The notes: generated by a model from the letters alone, not told the origin. A stretch of DNA of 63,976 bases, filler included, from 6 parts of 6 records of this genome joined end to end with filler, not necessarily neighbours in it; one strand, 5' to 3'. Positions 1 through 11,435 are shown, counted from the first letter of the whole stretch. Made by a program: numbers and translations.

Positions 1-1604
1 TTGGTGGTGAAGAACGGCTCGAACACCTTGAGCAACTGATCAGGATCGATCCCGGGACCATTGTCCATAACTGTTATGACAACCCGCTCGCCTTCCCGGC
101 GTGCGTCAATCTCTATGCTTCCGCCAGCCTGTCTCGACAAGGCGTCGATCGCATTGTTGACCAGATTGACAAACACTTGCCCGAGCCTGATCCGCCCGCC
201 AATAACGTAAAGGCCTGCCACCCCCTCGCCCACGGCAATTGTGGCAATCCCGGCTGCACGGGCACGCGGACGCGCCAGCAGCAACGCCTCGTCAACAATC
301 GTTCCAAGTGGCACCGGACCTATAGTGGCGCCCGGCTTGCGGGAGAATGACAACAGGGTTCTGGACAATTCCGCCATTCGTTCAACCAGAGAGTTGATCC
401 GCGACAGGTTCCCCGACACCTCTGAGATTGCACCACGATCAAGAAACTTGAGCGCATTGTCGGCATAAGACCGGATTGCCGCCAATGGCTGATTGTACTC
501 ATGGCTGAGTGCTGTCGACATTTGCCCCAGCGCAGCAAGCTTGGCCGTCTGCACCAGTTCATTCTGGGTCTTGCGCAACAGTTCTTCCGCCTCGCGACGA
601 ACATCGACTTCCTGGCTGAGCGACTGGTTGGTGATCGAAAGCGCCCGGGTCCGATCTCTCACAACACGTTCGAGACGGAGTGCGATGGCGCGATCAGAGC
701 GGGATCTGACAACCGCCTCCTCATTGCGGCGAAGCACAACGAACGCAATCACGGCAACCAGCAAAGCCGCTAGAGAGGCAATTACCGCGGCGTTGAGCCG
801 CGCTGCCGCAACCGGGGCAGGATCGGCCAACACATGCAAATCCCATTCGAGCACCGGCAAATGACGCACCAGATCCAATCGCTCCTCGTAGCGGCCATTG
901 ATCAGGTAGCGATCAGGACTGCCGGGCTGACGCAACTCGGAGAGTGGATTGAGCCGCCAGTTCGGATCATTGGCCAGAAAAATGGTGCCGGCCTTGTCAG
1001 TTACGAAAATGCGGCGCGCCGACAGAGCCCAGGCTGCTTCGACCCGGTAAAAGTCGACATAGACGATTACGACACCGACGAATTTCCCCTCGCGGCGCAC
1101 CCCCGAGGAGAACGCATAGGTCCGCTCACCCCGGTTATTGGATAGCGCCGCACGCCCGAGCCGGCCCTGCATCGCCACTGCGATCAGCTCTGGCAACCCC
1201 TCGTCACGCTCGGCAAACGAGCCACGCGCATTGGCCAGGAGTTCTCCGTCCGGAAAGAAAAACGCCACATCCATCGCTGCCGACATACCGCTAATGGCTT
1301 CCGCTGTCCGGCGCGCGTCAAGCGACTGGGCGTTACCCTCGGCATCACGCACGAACAGCGCCCGGATCGACGACTGACGCGACAACAGCGGCGGCAGCAA
1401 CCGGTATTTGTCGAGAACCCCGGACAAGATCTCGGTCTGCACCGACAACGTCTCGCCAGCCTTCTGCATGACATCGGACAGCGCGCGCTCTTTGGCAGCA
1501 CCCACCGACCATGCCACGACGATGGCCGAAAGCACCGCCCAGACGACGAACAGACCAATTCTGGTCAGGCGGAATTGTTTCTCGATGGCGACGCGTGACT
1601 GCAT
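1..1604 (-). CDS. dctB: DctB-like C4-dicarboxylate sensor histidine kinase (3' end runs off the window)
   Basis: Absent from the ORF track because it has no stop in the window. Read manually from ATG 1604: MQSRVAIEKQFRLTRIGLFVVWAVL..LDKYRLLPPLL, H-box LGQMSTALSHEYNQPLAAI, and VFEPFFTT at the window edge. Confidence 0.8.
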   Translation of the reverse strand, partial: MQSRVAIEKQFRLTRIGLFVVWAVLSAIVVAWSVGAAKERALSDVMQKAGETLSVQTEILSGVLDKYRLLPPLLSRQSSIRALFVRDAEGNAQSLDARRTAEAISGMSAAMDVAFFFPDGELLANARGSFAERDEGLPELIAVAMQGRLGRAALSNNRGERTYAFSSGVRREGKFVGVVIVYVDFYRVEAAWALSARRIFVTDKAGTIFLANDPNWRLNPLSELRQPGSPDRYLINGRYEERLDLVRHLPVLEWDLHVLADPAPVAAARLNAAVIASLAALLVAVIAFVVLRRNEEAVVRSRSDRAIALRLERVVRDRTRALSITNQSLSQEVDVRREAEELLRKTQNELVQTAKLAALGQMSTALSHEYNQPLAAIRSYADNALKFLDRGAISEVSGNLSRINSLVERMAELSRTLLSFSRKPGATIGPVPLGTIVDEALLLARPRARAAGIATIAVGEGVAGLYVIGGRIRLGQVFVNLVNNAIDALSRQAGGSIEIDARREGERVVITVMDNGPGIDPDQLLKVFEPFFTT

Positions 1605-1619
1605 CGCCGGACTTTAGGT

Positions 1620-2318
1620 TCAGACCTTGGCAGCCGCAACTGTTGCTTCGATGTGATCGACCAGAGGATCAGCAAGTCCCAGTCGACCTGCCAGAAGATC
1701 GAGAAATCCACGTTCCGCGCGGCTGTCGGGTTCGATGGCAAGGCGGGCTGCGGTGAACATTTCCACCTTCTGCGCCTCACTCGACGCAGAAGCGATGATC
1801 CCGTCCATATCGACAGGCTTGGACAACTCGTCATCAAGAAATGCGACCGCGTCAGCGCCCAGTCCCGACAAGGCCAGCTTGTCATGAATACGGGCACGCT
1901 CTGCATCATCCACATGACCGTCCGCGCGCGCCGCGGCAGTCATGACCCTGATCAAGGAAAGTGCAAAATCGCCGTTTACCGCGCCAGGCTCAGCCGAAAA
2001 CTCAGAATCAGACGGCGGCGGAAGCAATTCGGCCTCGTGTGCAGCACCGCCATCATTTGGAGATTTGCCAGCCTGATAGTTCTTCCAGGCCTGATAGCCA
2101 AGACCAGCGATGGCTGCCATGCCGCCAAGCTTCAGCGCAGATCCGCCGATGGCGCGCCCGGTGCCGGTCCCCAGAAGCATGGCGACAATCGCGCCTGCAG
2201 CGAGAGGATTGTCCTTTGCCATTTGCTTGGCCTGACCGGCCTTGTCGCGAATGGTGCCTTCGGTGCCGGGAATATTTGAGCCGAGAAACTGGTCAAGCAG
2301 GGCTTTGGGATCGAACAT
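1620..2318 (-). CDS. DUF533 / TerB-like (YebE) family protein
   Basis: MFDPKALLDQFLG start, Gly-rich hydrophobic segment, AAARADGHVDDAERARI motif. Confidence 0.8.
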   Translation of the reverse strand: MFDPKALLDQFLGSNIPGTEGTIRDKAGQAKQMAKDNPLAAGAIVAMLLGTGTGRAIGGSALKLGGMAAIAGLGYQAWKNYQAGKSPNDGGAAHEAELLPPPSDSEFSAEPGAVNGDFALSLIRVMTAAARADGHVDDAERARIHDKLALSGLGADAVAFLDDELSKPVDMDGIIASASSEAQKVEMFTAARLAIEPDSRAERGFLDLLAGRLGLADPLVDHIEATVAAAKV

Positions 2319-2493
2319 GGCGAAGGGTCCTTGTCTTCCTTGGCGCGGCCCCACGATCAGGCCACTTCCAGATTAAGATAGGAAGCCGTCACCTTGCTTT
2401 CAAATGGTCACAAAGCATCGCATGCGAGCTGGCGGCCGCTGCAGGCCGCCAGTCAGTCGAGTTCAATCATGAAAGTCGGGTCAGATGGCCGCT

Positions 2494-3132
2494 TCAGGCT
2501 GACAAGCGCGATGCTTCCGTGGCCAGCCGGGTAATCCCCTCCCAGTCGCCGGCTTCCACCAAAGCATTGGGCGCAACCCATGATCCGCCAACGCAGATCA
2601 CGTTGGGCAGGGACAGATAGTCACGCGCATTGTCCGGAGTGACACCGCCCGTCGGGCAAAACTGCATGCCTGCCAGTGGCGATGACAGCGACTTGAGATA
2701 AGCAGCACCACCGGCCTGTTCGGCCGGGAAGAACTTGAGCACCTTGTAGCCCTCTTCCCTGAGCGCCATCACCTCGCTGGGGGTGGCAGCACCCGGCAAC
2801 AGCGGAACCGGTGATTTGCGGGCAACATCAAGCAGCTCAAGCGTCGTACCGGGCGACACGATAAACTGCGATCCGGCTTCAACAGCCTGGTGAAACTGGC
2901 CCGCATTAAGCACGGTTCCCGCACCCGGAACAGCTCCTTCAACCTCATCAGCCACCGCACGGATAGCCTGCAGCGCCACCGGTGTTCTCATGGTGATCTC
3001 GATTGCTCTCAGACCACCCGCAACCAGCGCGCGCGCCAGCGGCACGGCATGGGCAAGGTCCTTGATGACCAGCACTGGCACCACAGGCTGCATTTTCAGA
3101 ATGGAAATGAGGGCTTGGGTTTTGTCGCCCAT
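2494..3132 (-). CDS. eda: KDPG/KHG aldolase
   Basis: IEITMRT, GAGTV, FIVSPG, LKFFPA, FCPTGGV motifs. Confidence 0.95.
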   Translation of the reverse strand: MGDKTQALISILKMQPVVPVLVIKDLAHAVPLARALVAGGLRAIEITMRTPVALQAIRAVADEVEGAVPGAGTVLNAGQFHQAVEAGSQFIVSPGTTLELLDVARKSPVPLLPGAATPSEVMALREEGYKVLKFFPAEQAGGAAYLKSLSSPLAGMQFCPTGGVTPDNARDYLSLPNVICVGGSWVAPNALVEAGDWEGITRLATEASRLSA

Positions 3133-3265
3133 GGCGCTGGTCCTTTCGCGTCATCTACAGGAGCGCTCCGAATAGCCTTTCGATCAGGAATTGTCCATGC
3201 TGCGGGAACAACCGGCCATCACAGACCGATTGCCTGGCGTGCACGAACGCGCTATTCCCGAAAGC

Positions 3266-4207
3266 ATGAAGACACCTGCAAAAACACCCGTTCCGAACCA
3301 GCCGGTGGTTGTCGCCGCGCTCTACCATTTCGCCCGGCTTTCAGGCCATGAGGCACTGCAGCCGCCGCTGGCACAATTGTGCGACGAACATGGCGTCAAG
3401 GGCACCTTGCTACTAGCCCGCGAAGGCGTCAATGGAACCATTGCCGGCACGCGCTCCGCGATTGATGCAGTGCTTGATCATCTGCGCGCCATCCCCGGCC
3501 TTGCAGCTCTGGAACACAAGGAAAGCAGCGCCCACAAGATGCCGTTCCGGCGCATGAAGGTGCGTCTGAAGAACGAGATCGTCACCATGGGCGTTCCCGA
3601 CATCGATCCACTCGTGGACGTCGGCGCCTATGTTGATCCCAAGGACTGGAACGCGCTGATTTCAGATCCCGAAACGGTGGTGATCGACACCCGCAATGAT
3701 TACGAGGTCGGGATCGGCACCTTCAAAGGTGCTATCAATCCCGAGACCCACACCTTCCGGGAGTTTCCGGGCTGGGTGGATCAGGCCGGCATTGAAGACA
3801 AGACCAAGCCCATCGCGATGTTCTGCACCGGCGGTATCCGTTGCGAAAAGGCAACCGCCTTCATGCGCGCCCAAGGCTATGAAAATGTCTACCATCTCAA
3901 GGGCGGCATTCTGAAATATCTGGAAAATGTGCCGGAAGAGGAAAGTCTCTGGCAGGGCTCCTGTTTCGTCTTTGACGAGCGGGTTGCCGTCACCCATGGC
4001 CTGCGCGAAAGCGATGAGATCCTGTGCCGTGCCTGCCGCAATCCGGTCACCCCCGAAGAACTGGCGTCCGAGCTCTATGAAGACGGCGTTTCCTGTCCTC
4101 ATTGCTATCACACCCGCAGCGAAGAAGACCGTGCGCGGTTCCGGATGCGTCAACAGCAAATGCTTGCTGCCAGAGAAAAAGCACACGAGGGCGGCGACCA
4201 CCCATGA
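3266..4207 (+). CDS. trhO: Rhodanese-domain tRNA U34 hydroxylase (UPF0176)
   Basis: [41 protein letters not shown]. Confidence 0.9.
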   Translation: MKTPAKTPVPNQPVVVAALYHFARLSGHEALQPPLAQLCDEHGVKGTLLLAREGVNGTIAGTRSAIDAVLDHLRAIPGLAALEHKESSAHKMPFRRMKVRLKNEIVTMGVPDIDPLVDVGAYVDPKDWNALISDPETVVIDTRNDYEVGIGTFKGAINPETHTFREFPGWVDQAGIEDKTKPIAMFCTGGIRCEKATAFMRAQGYENVYHLKGGILKYLENVPEEESLWQGSCFVFDERVAVTHGLRESDEILCRACRNPVTPEELASELYEDGVSCPHCYHTRSEEDRARFRMRQQQMLAAREKAHEGGDHP

Positions 4208-5454
4208 CCCAGACTGCAAACAGGATTGTCATCATCGGCGCCGGCATTGTCGGCATCGCCAGCGCGGTGCTCCTGTCGGAGCAAGGTCATGCCGTTACGG
4301 TGATCGACCGGTCCGGCATTGCCGAGGAAACCAGCAAGGGCAATGCAGCCGCACTGGCATTCTCCGAAATCATGCCGTTGGCCTCCCCCAAAACCCTTCT
4401 CAGAGCCCCGAAATGGTTGTTTGATCCGCTCGGGCCCCTATCGATCCGGCCATCCTATCTGCCGAAACTGACGCCCTGGCTTTGGCAATTCTGGAAAGCC
4501 AGCATGCCCGGCCGGCAACAAGCCTCGATCACGGCGCAAGCCAGGCTGATGCGATTGGCAGAGTCCGAGATGATGGCGCTGGTCGAGCGCGCCGGCGTCA
4601 CCCGCATGGTGCACCATGACGGATCATTGGAGCTTTATGAAAGCGAAGCGGAGTTCAACAGCACGGCAGATGGCTGGCGGCAGAGGGAACAAGCCGGCAT
4701 CGCATTCGAACATGTCCGTGGCGCGCGGCTGGCGGAATTGCAGCCTGGCCTGTCTCCCCGTTTTGTTGCCGGCACCTTCGTGCCGGGCTGGAAAAATGTC
4801 TCGGAGCCGCAGGCTTTTGCCCAAGCGCTATGGAGTTATGCGGAACGACAGGGAGCTATTTTCGAAAAGGCCGAGGTTCGGGCCCTGGAGCGGTCTGAAA
4901 AAGGCCCCTCCCTCCGCCTTGCGGATGGAACGACACGAGAGGCCGACCGCATTGTCGTCTGCGCCGGGTCCTGGTCCACACGGCTGATCAACCCGGTTAC
5001 GCGGCTGCGCATTCCGCTCGACACCGAGCGCGGCTACAACACCACGCTGCCCCCGGGCGCATTCGATCTCCAGCGCCAGCTTATCTTTGGCCATCACGGC
5101 TTCGTCATGACGCCTTTGGAAACCGGAGTGCGTGTCGGTGGCGCGGTTGAACTTGGCGGGCTCGATCTTCCACCCAATTTTGCCCGCTCGAAAGCCATGC
5201 TCGACAAGGCGGCAAGCTTCCTGCCCGGGTTGAAAACAACCGGCGGCGTCGAATGGATGGGTTTCAGGCCTTCTTTGCCCGACACATTGCCGGTGGTCGG
5301 TACCCTGCCTGAAGACCCCTCTGTCCTGCTGGCCTTCGGCAATGGCCATCTGGGACTGACCCAGTCCGCTGCGATGGGACGCCTCATCGCTGACCTGGTG
5401 GGTCACAAGACTCCGAGTATTGACATTGCGGCCTACCGGCCCGACCGCTTCTAA
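4204..5454 (+). CDS. FAD-dependent D-amino acid dehydrogenase (probably D-hydroxyproline)
   Basis: GAGIVG dinucleotide motif, [23 protein letters not shown] overlap with the trhO stop; adjacent to the Hyp epimerase. Confidence 0.85.
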   Translation: MTQTANRIVIIGAGIVGIASAVLLSEQGHAVTVIDRSGIAEETSKGNAAALAFSEIMPLASPKTLLRAPKWLFDPLGPLSIRPSYLPKLTPWLWQFWKASMPGRQQASITAQARLMRLAESEMMALVERAGVTRMVHHDGSLELYESEAEFNSTADGWRQREQAGIAFEHVRGARLAELQPGLSPRFVAGTFVPGWKNVSEPQAFAQALWSYAERQGAIFEKAEVRALERSEKGPSLRLADGTTREADRIVVCAGSWSTRLINPVTRLRIPLDTERGYNTTLPPGAFDLQRQLIFGHHGFVMTPLETGVRVGGAVELGGLDLPPNFARSKAMLDKAASFLPGLKTTGGVEWMGFRPSLPDTLPVVGTLPEDPSVLLAFGNGHLGLTQSAAMGRLIADLVGHKTPSIDIAAYRPDRF

Positions 5455-5475
5455 CCCTGTAGCAATGAGCTGAGC

Positions 5476-6480
5476 ATGGCGCGCAATCGTTTTTTCTGCA
5501 TCGACGGCCACACCTGCGGCAATCCGGTGCGCGTCGTCACCGGTGGTGGTCCGCAGCTTGAAGGCGCAACCATGCTGGAACGGCGTGCGCATTTTCTCGC
5601 TGAATATGACTGGATCCGCACGGGCTTGATGTTCGAGCCACGCGGACATGACATGATGTCCGGCACCATTCTTTACCCGTCGACGCGGGATGATTGCGAC
5701 ATCGCCTTCCTGTTCATCGAAACTTCGGGCTGCCTGCCGATGTGCGGACACGGCACCATCGGCACCGTCACCATGGCCATCGAGAACGGGCTGGTTTCTC
5801 CGCGTGAACCCGGCGTGCTGGCGATCGACACCCCGGCCGGTCGCATCGTCGCCCGCTATCAGCAGACCGTCCGCAAGGTCACCGAAGTCCGGCTGACAAA
5901 TGTGCCAGCCTTCCTGCACTCGACCGGCATCAAGACCCACTGCGAAGGATTGGGCGCAATCACCGTGGACGTGGCCTATGGCGGAAATTTCTACGCCATC
6001 GTCGACGCCCAGGAAAACTTCGCTGACATGGCGGATTTCTCCGCTGCGGATCTCGTCCGCATGAGCCCGGCCCTTCGCGAACGCATCAACAGCGAGCATG
6101 ACTTCATCCACCCGGAGAAACCCGACATCCGTGGTCTGAGCCACATTCTCTGGACCGGAGTACCGACCAGGCCTGAGGCCCATGCCCGCAATGCCGTGTT
6201 TTACGGCGACAAGGCGATTGACCGCTCACCCTGCGGCACCGGCACCTCGGCACGCATGGCGCAGTGGGCGGCCAGGGGCAAGCTCAGGCCGGGCGATGAC
6301 TTCGTCCATGAGAGCATCATCGGATCGCTGTTTCACGGACGCGTCGAAGCCGCTGTGGAAGTGGCAGGCAAACCTGCGATCATACCCTCAGTGGCCGGCT
6401 GGGCCGTGGAAACCGGGCTGAACACCATCACTATAGATGATGAGGAAGACCCTTTCGCCCACGGCTTCGTGGTGCGCTGA
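5476..6480 (+). CDS. 4-hydroxyproline 2-epimerase (proline racemase family)
   Basis: DGHTCGNP, EPRGH, catalytic MCGH and DRSPCGTG. Confidence 0.92.
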   Translation: MARNRFFCIDGHTCGNPVRVVTGGGPQLEGATMLERRAHFLAEYDWIRTGLMFEPRGHDMMSGTILYPSTRDDCDIAFLFIETSGCLPMCGHGTIGTVTMAIENGLVSPREPGVLAIDTPAGRIVARYQQTVRKVTEVRLTNVPAFLHSTGIKTHCEGLGAITVDVAYGGNFYAIVDAQENFADMADFSAADLVRMSPALRERINSEHDFIHPEKPDIRGLSHILWTGVPTRPEAHARNAVFYGDKAIDRSPCGTGTSARMAQWAARGKLRPGDDFVHESIIGSLFHGRVEAAVEVAGKPAIIPSVAGWAVETGLNTITIDDEEDPFAHGFVVR

Positions 6481-6507
6481 AACTTCGTGTTGAGGCGCCG
6501 GTAGAGG

Positions 6508-7221
6508 TCAGCCTCTGTCAGAGTGCGCGAGGGCTGCGGGCGTCCAGGCATCACCCCCACAATAAACACAGACTGCCTTGTCCCCGGTCCTCAGCGTCCC
6601 GCAATCAAAGCAGCACAGCGTCCCGGGCACCTCCGAACTCAAAGTATGCGTGTCCAACTGCGGTAGCGGGCAGATCTCGTGCGGCGGCACGATCGGCATC
6701 CCGGCAATCGGCGGGTCGGCGCGAAAAACACTGAGGTCGCCATTGGACTCGAGGAAAGCGTTCTCCACCTCGCCGAGATTGCGCACGCCTTCCAGTCTGA
6801 GCAGCGCCAGAACTTCGGCCTTTCCCATGCCACGGTCTGATGATTGCTCTGTGTTGAGCCGCCCGTCCCGCACGATCCAGTTGGGCTTGCCGTCAATCGC
6901 CTTCTGCGCGCTGTCGGACCGCAGGATCAGGAAATCGAGCCCCTTGTTGATCAACACGATGACGGTGATCACCAGCATCGCATGGAGCAGCGGCACATCA
7001 GGATAAAACAGCGTGTCGCCCACAGCCGATCCCAGCGCGATCACCAGCAGGAACTCCACCAGCGACAGCTGAGAAATGCTGCGGCCGCCGATCCAGCGGA
7101 TCAGACCGAAGGTGTAGACATAGATGACGACTGTGCGGAACAGGATTTCGAGGAGAAACAACGACGGCGCGTCCCCCAGCAGCATGCGTCCCCACTCAAA
7201 GGGAATGACGGTTTGATCCAT
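6508..7221 (-). CDS. DUF421 (YetF-like) membrane protein with a C-terminal CxxC..CxxC tail
   Basis: RSISQLS..IALGSAVGD, LESNGDLSVF. Confidence 0.8.
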   Translation of the reverse strand: MDQTVIPFEWGRMLLGDAPSLFLLEILFRTVVIYVYTFGLIRWIGGRSISQLSLVEFLLVIALGSAVGDTLFYPDVPLLHAMLVITVIVLINKGLDFLILRSDSAQKAIDGKPNWIVRDGRLNTEQSSDRGMGKAEVLALLRLEGVRNLGEVENAFLESNGDLSVFRADPPIAGMPIVPPHEICPLPQLDTHTLSSEVPGTLCCFDCGTLRTGDKAVCVYCGGDAWTPAALAHSDRG

Positions 7222-7303
7222 GGCGAAAGCTCCGACTGAATGTCAGCCTTCAACGCCGCGCCGCAATCGTGGTTCCCTGTCCGTCGGTTTGAAATTCGAT
7301 CCT

Positions 7304-8665
7304 TCAGGCACCGGCATGGGCGGCAATCAGTGACGCGTACCAGTGGCCGGTTTGCTTGATTGTGCGCTTTTGCGTTTCATAATCGACATGCACGATGCCG
7401 AAGCGCATCGAGTAGCCTTCGGCCCATTCGAAATTGTCCATCAGGCTCCAGGCGAAATAGCCCTTCAGGGGATAATTTTCTGCAATCAGATCGGCAGCGA
7501 CGGAGAGATGGGTTGAAACATAGTCAAGCCTCATCGTGTCGCTGACGGCGCCGTTTTCCACTTCCGTGTTGTCCGCCGCACCATTCTCGGTGATGTAGAA
7601 ATGTGGCAGCGTGTAGCGGCCAAAGAGATCCTTGACCACATGGGAGAGCCCCTCAGGCTCGATTTCCCAGCCGATATCGGTCTTCTCCGGCTTGACCGGC
7701 GGCGCACCGGCGACATGCGGGAACGGCGATGTTGCATCGTCGCGCACCCGCATTGGCGTATAATAATTCAGCCCCCAAAAATCGAGCGGCTGATGGATCG
7801 TTTCGAGATCGCCATCCCGGATATGTCCGGCCAGATCCGGACATCCCTCGAGTACGGAGTGCGGATAGGCACCGGCGAACAACGGCCCGAAGAATGCCCC
7901 GTTGTGAAAATCATTGGCGCGCTCAGCCGCATTCCGGTCGGCATCGCTGTCACTGCCGGCCATAACACTCATCGCATTGAGAACGATGCCGACAGGGATA
8001 TCCGCCCGTTCAGCCCGGATCGCCTGCACGCCGAGACCATGTGCGAGATTGGTAACGTGGAGTGCCGCCATCGCCGCCTCCATGGACCGCTCACCGGGCG
8101 CATGAACGCCCATAAGATGCCCCAGATAGACCGAGCACCATGGCTCGTTGAAGGTGACAATAGTGTCGAGCCGGTCGCCGAGCCGCCTGGTCGCAATCCC
8201 CGCATAATTGGCGAACGCATCGGCCGTATCCCGGTCCGTCCATCCGCCGCGCCCCATCAGCGCCAACGGCAAGTCCCAATGATACAGCGTGGCGAATGCC
8301 TTGATACCGCGCGCTTTCAGACCATCGAGCAGGCGGTCGTAGAAATCGAACCCCTTCTCGTTGATCGCGCCGGTTCCATCGGGCAGGATCCGCGGCCAGG
8401 CAATCGAGAACCGATAAGCTTCCGCACCAAGTTCAGCCATGAGATCGAGATCGGCCTCAAGCCTGTTGTAATGATCACAGGCAACATCACCGGTGTCGCC
8501 GCCCTTGACCCGTCCGGGCATATGCGAAAACGCATCCCAGATCGACGGCTTGCGGCCATCCGCCTGTGCCGCACCCTCGATCTGGTAGGAAGCGGTCGCC
8601 ACGCCAAAGAGAAAATCATCGGGAAAGCGTCGGGCCAGCCTTTGCGGCGAACTGTCAGAGGTCAT
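7304..8665 (-). CDS. GH1 beta-glucosidase
   Basis: ASYQIEGA, YRFSIAWPR, TFNEP acid/base, ITENG nucleophile, WSLMDNFEW. Confidence 0.95.
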   Translation of the reverse strand: MTSDSSPQRLARRFPDDFLFGVATASYQIEGAAQADGRKPSIWDAFSHMPGRVKGGDTGDVACDHYNRLEADLDLMAELGAEAYRFSIAWPRILPDGTGAINEKGFDFYDRLLDGLKARGIKAFATLYHWDLPLALMGRGGWTDRDTADAFANYAGIATRRLGDRLDTIVTFNEPWCSVYLGHLMGVHAPGERSMEAAMAALHVTNLAHGLGVQAIRAERADIPVGIVLNAMSVMAGSDSDADRNAAERANDFHNGAFFGPLFAGAYPHSVLEGCPDLAGHIRDGDLETIHQPLDFWGLNYYTPMRVRDDATSPFPHVAGAPPVKPEKTDIGWEIEPEGLSHVVKDLFGRYTLPHFYITENGAADNTEVENGAVSDTMRLDYVSTHLSVAADLIAENYPLKGYFAWSLMDNFEWAEGYSMRFGIVHVDYETQKRTIKQTGHWYASLIAAHAGA

Positions 8666-8705
8666 TACGATTCCCTATGCTTGGTTTGGCTGAGGTGACC
8701 GGGCT

Positions 8706-9503
8706 TCAGTTGGTGGAAAGCCGCTCGGTGAACGCCTTGATAATTTCACTCAGTTCGATGGGCTTCTCAATGCACGGCAGATGCGCCGCACCGGGGATTT
8801 CCTGATACATTGCGCCGGGGATCAGCCGCGCCAGTTCGCCCACCAGCGCAGGCGGTGTCGAACCGTCGTCGGTTCCGACCACGCAGATCGTCGGCACTAC
8901 CAGCTCTGAACTTGATTGAGTGAAATCACTGTCGCGGATAGCAGCACACGTTCCCACATATCCCGCCACAGGGGTGCGCTCCAGCATCATCCGGTAGCCG
9001 GTAAATTCGGCATTGTCTGCGCTGCGATAATCCTTGGTGAACCAGCGCTCCAGAATGGCGTCGGAGAGCCCTGCGATTCCCAGCTCGGTGATCGCCGAAA
9101 TACGGGCGTCCCACATTTCTCTCGTGCCGATCCTGTGGCCAGTGTCACACAGGATCAGCGCCCGCACCAGATCAGGACGCTTAGCAGCCAGCCCCTGCGC
9201 AATCATGCCGCCAACCGACAAGCCGCAAAGAATGACGTTCTTGGCTTCAAAGTGCTCGATCAGGGCAATCAGATCATCAATATGATTATCCATGGTGATC
9301 TCGCCCTCACCGGTTTCCGACAGACCGTGACCGCGCTTGTCATAGGCAATGATGCTGTAATCACCGACCATGCGGACGATCACGTCGCGCCAGATGCGAT
9401 AGTCCGTACCCAGCGAATTGGCGAAAACAATGGTGGGCTTGTCAGGCGCAGCGCCGATCACCTGATGATGGATGACGACACCGTTCAGGCGGGCAAATTG
9501 CAT
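8706..9503 (-). CDS. pcaD: 3-oxoadipate enol-lactonase
   Basis: FANSLGTD, YDKRGHGLS, GLSVGG, ILERWF, AHLPCIE. Confidence 0.85.
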   Translation of the reverse strand: MQFARLNGVVIHHQVIGAAPDKPTIVFANSLGTDYRIWRDVIVRMVGDYSIIAYDKRGHGLSETGEGEITMDNHIDDLIALIEHFEAKNVILCGLSVGGMIAQGLAAKRPDLVRALILCDTGHRIGTREMWDARISAITELGIAGLSDAILERWFTKDYRSADNAEFTGYRMMLERTPVAGYVGTCAAIRDSDFTQSSSELVVPTICVVGTDDGSTPPALVGELARLIPGAMYQEIPGAAHLPCIEKPIELSEIIKAFTERLSTN

Positions 9504-9588
9504 GGCGAGGCTTCCTTTGGGGATGATCTGTCAGTTTGAAAGCCTGATTTACGCGACAGAACGCTCGCACGCAAACAAAACACCGTTC

Positions 9589-9630
9589 AAAAAAGAGCGG
9601 CGGCTCATCGCAATGAACCGCCGCCCGTTT
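9589..9630. terminator. Hairpin, likely intrinsic terminator downstream of xylA
   Basis: aaaaaagagcggcggctca...tgaaccgccgcccgttt. Confidence 0.55.
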
Positions 9631-9654
9631 CAATCAACTGTTGGCAGATACCCG

Positions 9655-10057
9655 TCACACATAGCGGTTGACGACATTCTCCAGATATTCCTGACGTCCG
9701 GATCTCGGCTGCGGATTGATGTCAGCCTTGCTCACATAGTCAGCGATATCACCCAGCGAATAGGTGCCATCGAGCATTTTCTGCGCTTCAGCACCGCCCC
9801 ATCCAGCATAACGGTCTTCGACGAAACTCGTCAGCACGCCGTCCTCAACCATCTTGGTTGCAGCCTTGAGCGCCCGCGCACAGGTGTCCATGCCGCCGAT
9901 ATGAGCATAGAGCAAGTCTTCCGCATCAAGCGACTGCCGGCGCAGCTTGGCATCGAAATTGGTACCGCCGTTCTTGAACCCGCCACCCTTCAGAATGGCG
10001 TAGTAGGCCAGTGCCATTTCCGGCACGTTGTTGGGGAACTGGTCGGTATCCCAGCCC
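9655..10057 (-). CDS. xylA: Xylose isomerase, C-terminal part (truncated by the contig end)
   Basis: [41 protein letters not shown]. Confidence 0.93.
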
Positions 10058-10157
10058 NNNNNNNNNNNNNNNNNNNNNNNNNNNNNNNNNNNNNNNNNNN
10101 NTTAATTAATTAANNNNNNNNNNNNNNNNNNNNNNNNNNNNNNNNNNNNNNNNNNNN
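10058..10157. other. Artificial contig linker
   Basis: N44-TTAATTAATTAA-N44, stops in all six frames. Confidence 0.99.
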
Positions 10158-10787
10158 CAGCATCTCGATATTATCGGACGGCCAAATCCGAAGGCCCTGC
10201 CCGGTGAGCGTTGCGGACGGCGCGAGATGGGCTGCTGTCCAGAGCGTCGCGGCGTAGAAGCTGTTCAGCTTCTGCCAGCCCCAGACGGCCGGCGCGGACA
10301 AGATGAGCCCATCCAGTTCGGCCGGTTCTTCGAGCGTCATGGTGCGCAGGGCGACCGCGCCGCCCATGCTGATGCCGAGGAGATAGACGGGGATGCCTGG
10401 ATGGCGCGCACGGACGAGCTTCACGAGGGTGGCCGCATCTTCCGCCATGCGCGTGTCGCCCGCCCACAGACCCCGGCCCGGCGCGCGGCCGAAACCGCGC
10501 TGGTCGGCGGCGTAAACCGTGACGCCCTGCCCTGCGAGCCACGGGCCCGGCCCCGGCGCGGCGAAGGCATTGGAGTAATCGTTGAAGCCATGCAGCGCGA
10601 CGGCGACAGCGCGGGGCTCCTCCGCCGCGAAGACGAGCAGCGGAAGGCGTGTACCGTCCGCCATGACGGCATGCGAGGGAGCCACCTGTTCGAGATGCGG
10701 CTTGTAGACCGGTTCACCGACTGTCATCAGGCGCGGCGTACAGGCGGAAAGCAATGCCACCAGGCAGAGGGAAAGGAGGAACCTCAT
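10158..10787 (-). CDS. Alpha/beta hydrolase (lysophospholipase-like) lipoprotein, 3' truncated
   Basis: Lipobox LSAC, HGFNDY, DQRGFG, GISMGG. ATG overlaps the upstream stop. Confidence 0.85.
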
Positions 10788-11392
10788 GGATTCCTTTCCA
10801 GCAGGCCGCGGACGTCGCGCTTCAGCACCGGCAGCAATTCCTTCTCGAACCATGGGTTCTTCTTGATCCATGCGTTGTTGCGCCAGGAAGGATGGGGCAG
10901 CGGCAGGAAGCGGGGATAATACTCGCGCCACGCAGCGACCGTCGCCGTCAGGCTTTGCTTGCGTTCGCGCCCGAGATGCCAGGCTTGCGCATACAGGCCG
11001 ACAAGCAGGACCGTTTCGAGCTTCGGCATGAGTTCGAAAAGACCCGGACGCCACGCTTCGGCACATTCGCGGCGGGGCGGCAGGTCGCCGCCCTTCGCGT
11101 CGAGGCCCGGAAAGCAGAAGCCCATGGGCACGATGGCGATGCGCGAGACGTCGTAGAACTCATCCGGCGTGACGCCCATCCAGTCGCGAAGGCGGTCGCC
11201 GCTCGGGTCGGTGAAGGGCACGCCGGATGCATGGACACGGGTGCCGGGCGCCTGCCCCGCGATGCAGAGCCGCGCTGTACGCGAAACACGCAGCACCGGA
11301 CGCGGCTCATGCGGCAGCGGCCTCCCCTTCGGGCTTTCGACGCAGATGCGGCAAGCGCGGATGTCGGCGGCGAGACGGTCAAGTTTCGTCAT
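10784..11392 (-). CDS. Uracil-DNA glycosylase superfamily protein
   Basis: GQAPG, DPSGDRLR, FCFPG, PHPSWRN. Confidence 0.88.
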   Translation of the reverse strand: MTKLDRLAADIRACRICVESPKGRPLPHEPRPVLRVSRTARLCIAGQAPGTRVHASGVPFTDPSGDRLRDWMGVTPDEFYDVSRIAIVPMGFCFPGLDAKGGDLPPRRECAEAWRPGLFELMPKLETVLLVGLYAQAWHLGRERKQSLTATVAAWREYYPRFLPLPHPSWRNNAWIKKNPWFEKELLPVLKRDVRGLLERNP

Positions 11393-11435
11393 GCGTCTAT
11401 TGTGCCGCGAGAACCGTGCCGGAGCCAATCGCCTC

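Noticed and set aside
10058-10157. TTAATTAATTAA motif recurring five times
   Set aside because: Always embedded in 44+44 Ns: a synthetic contig spacer, not a biological repeat.
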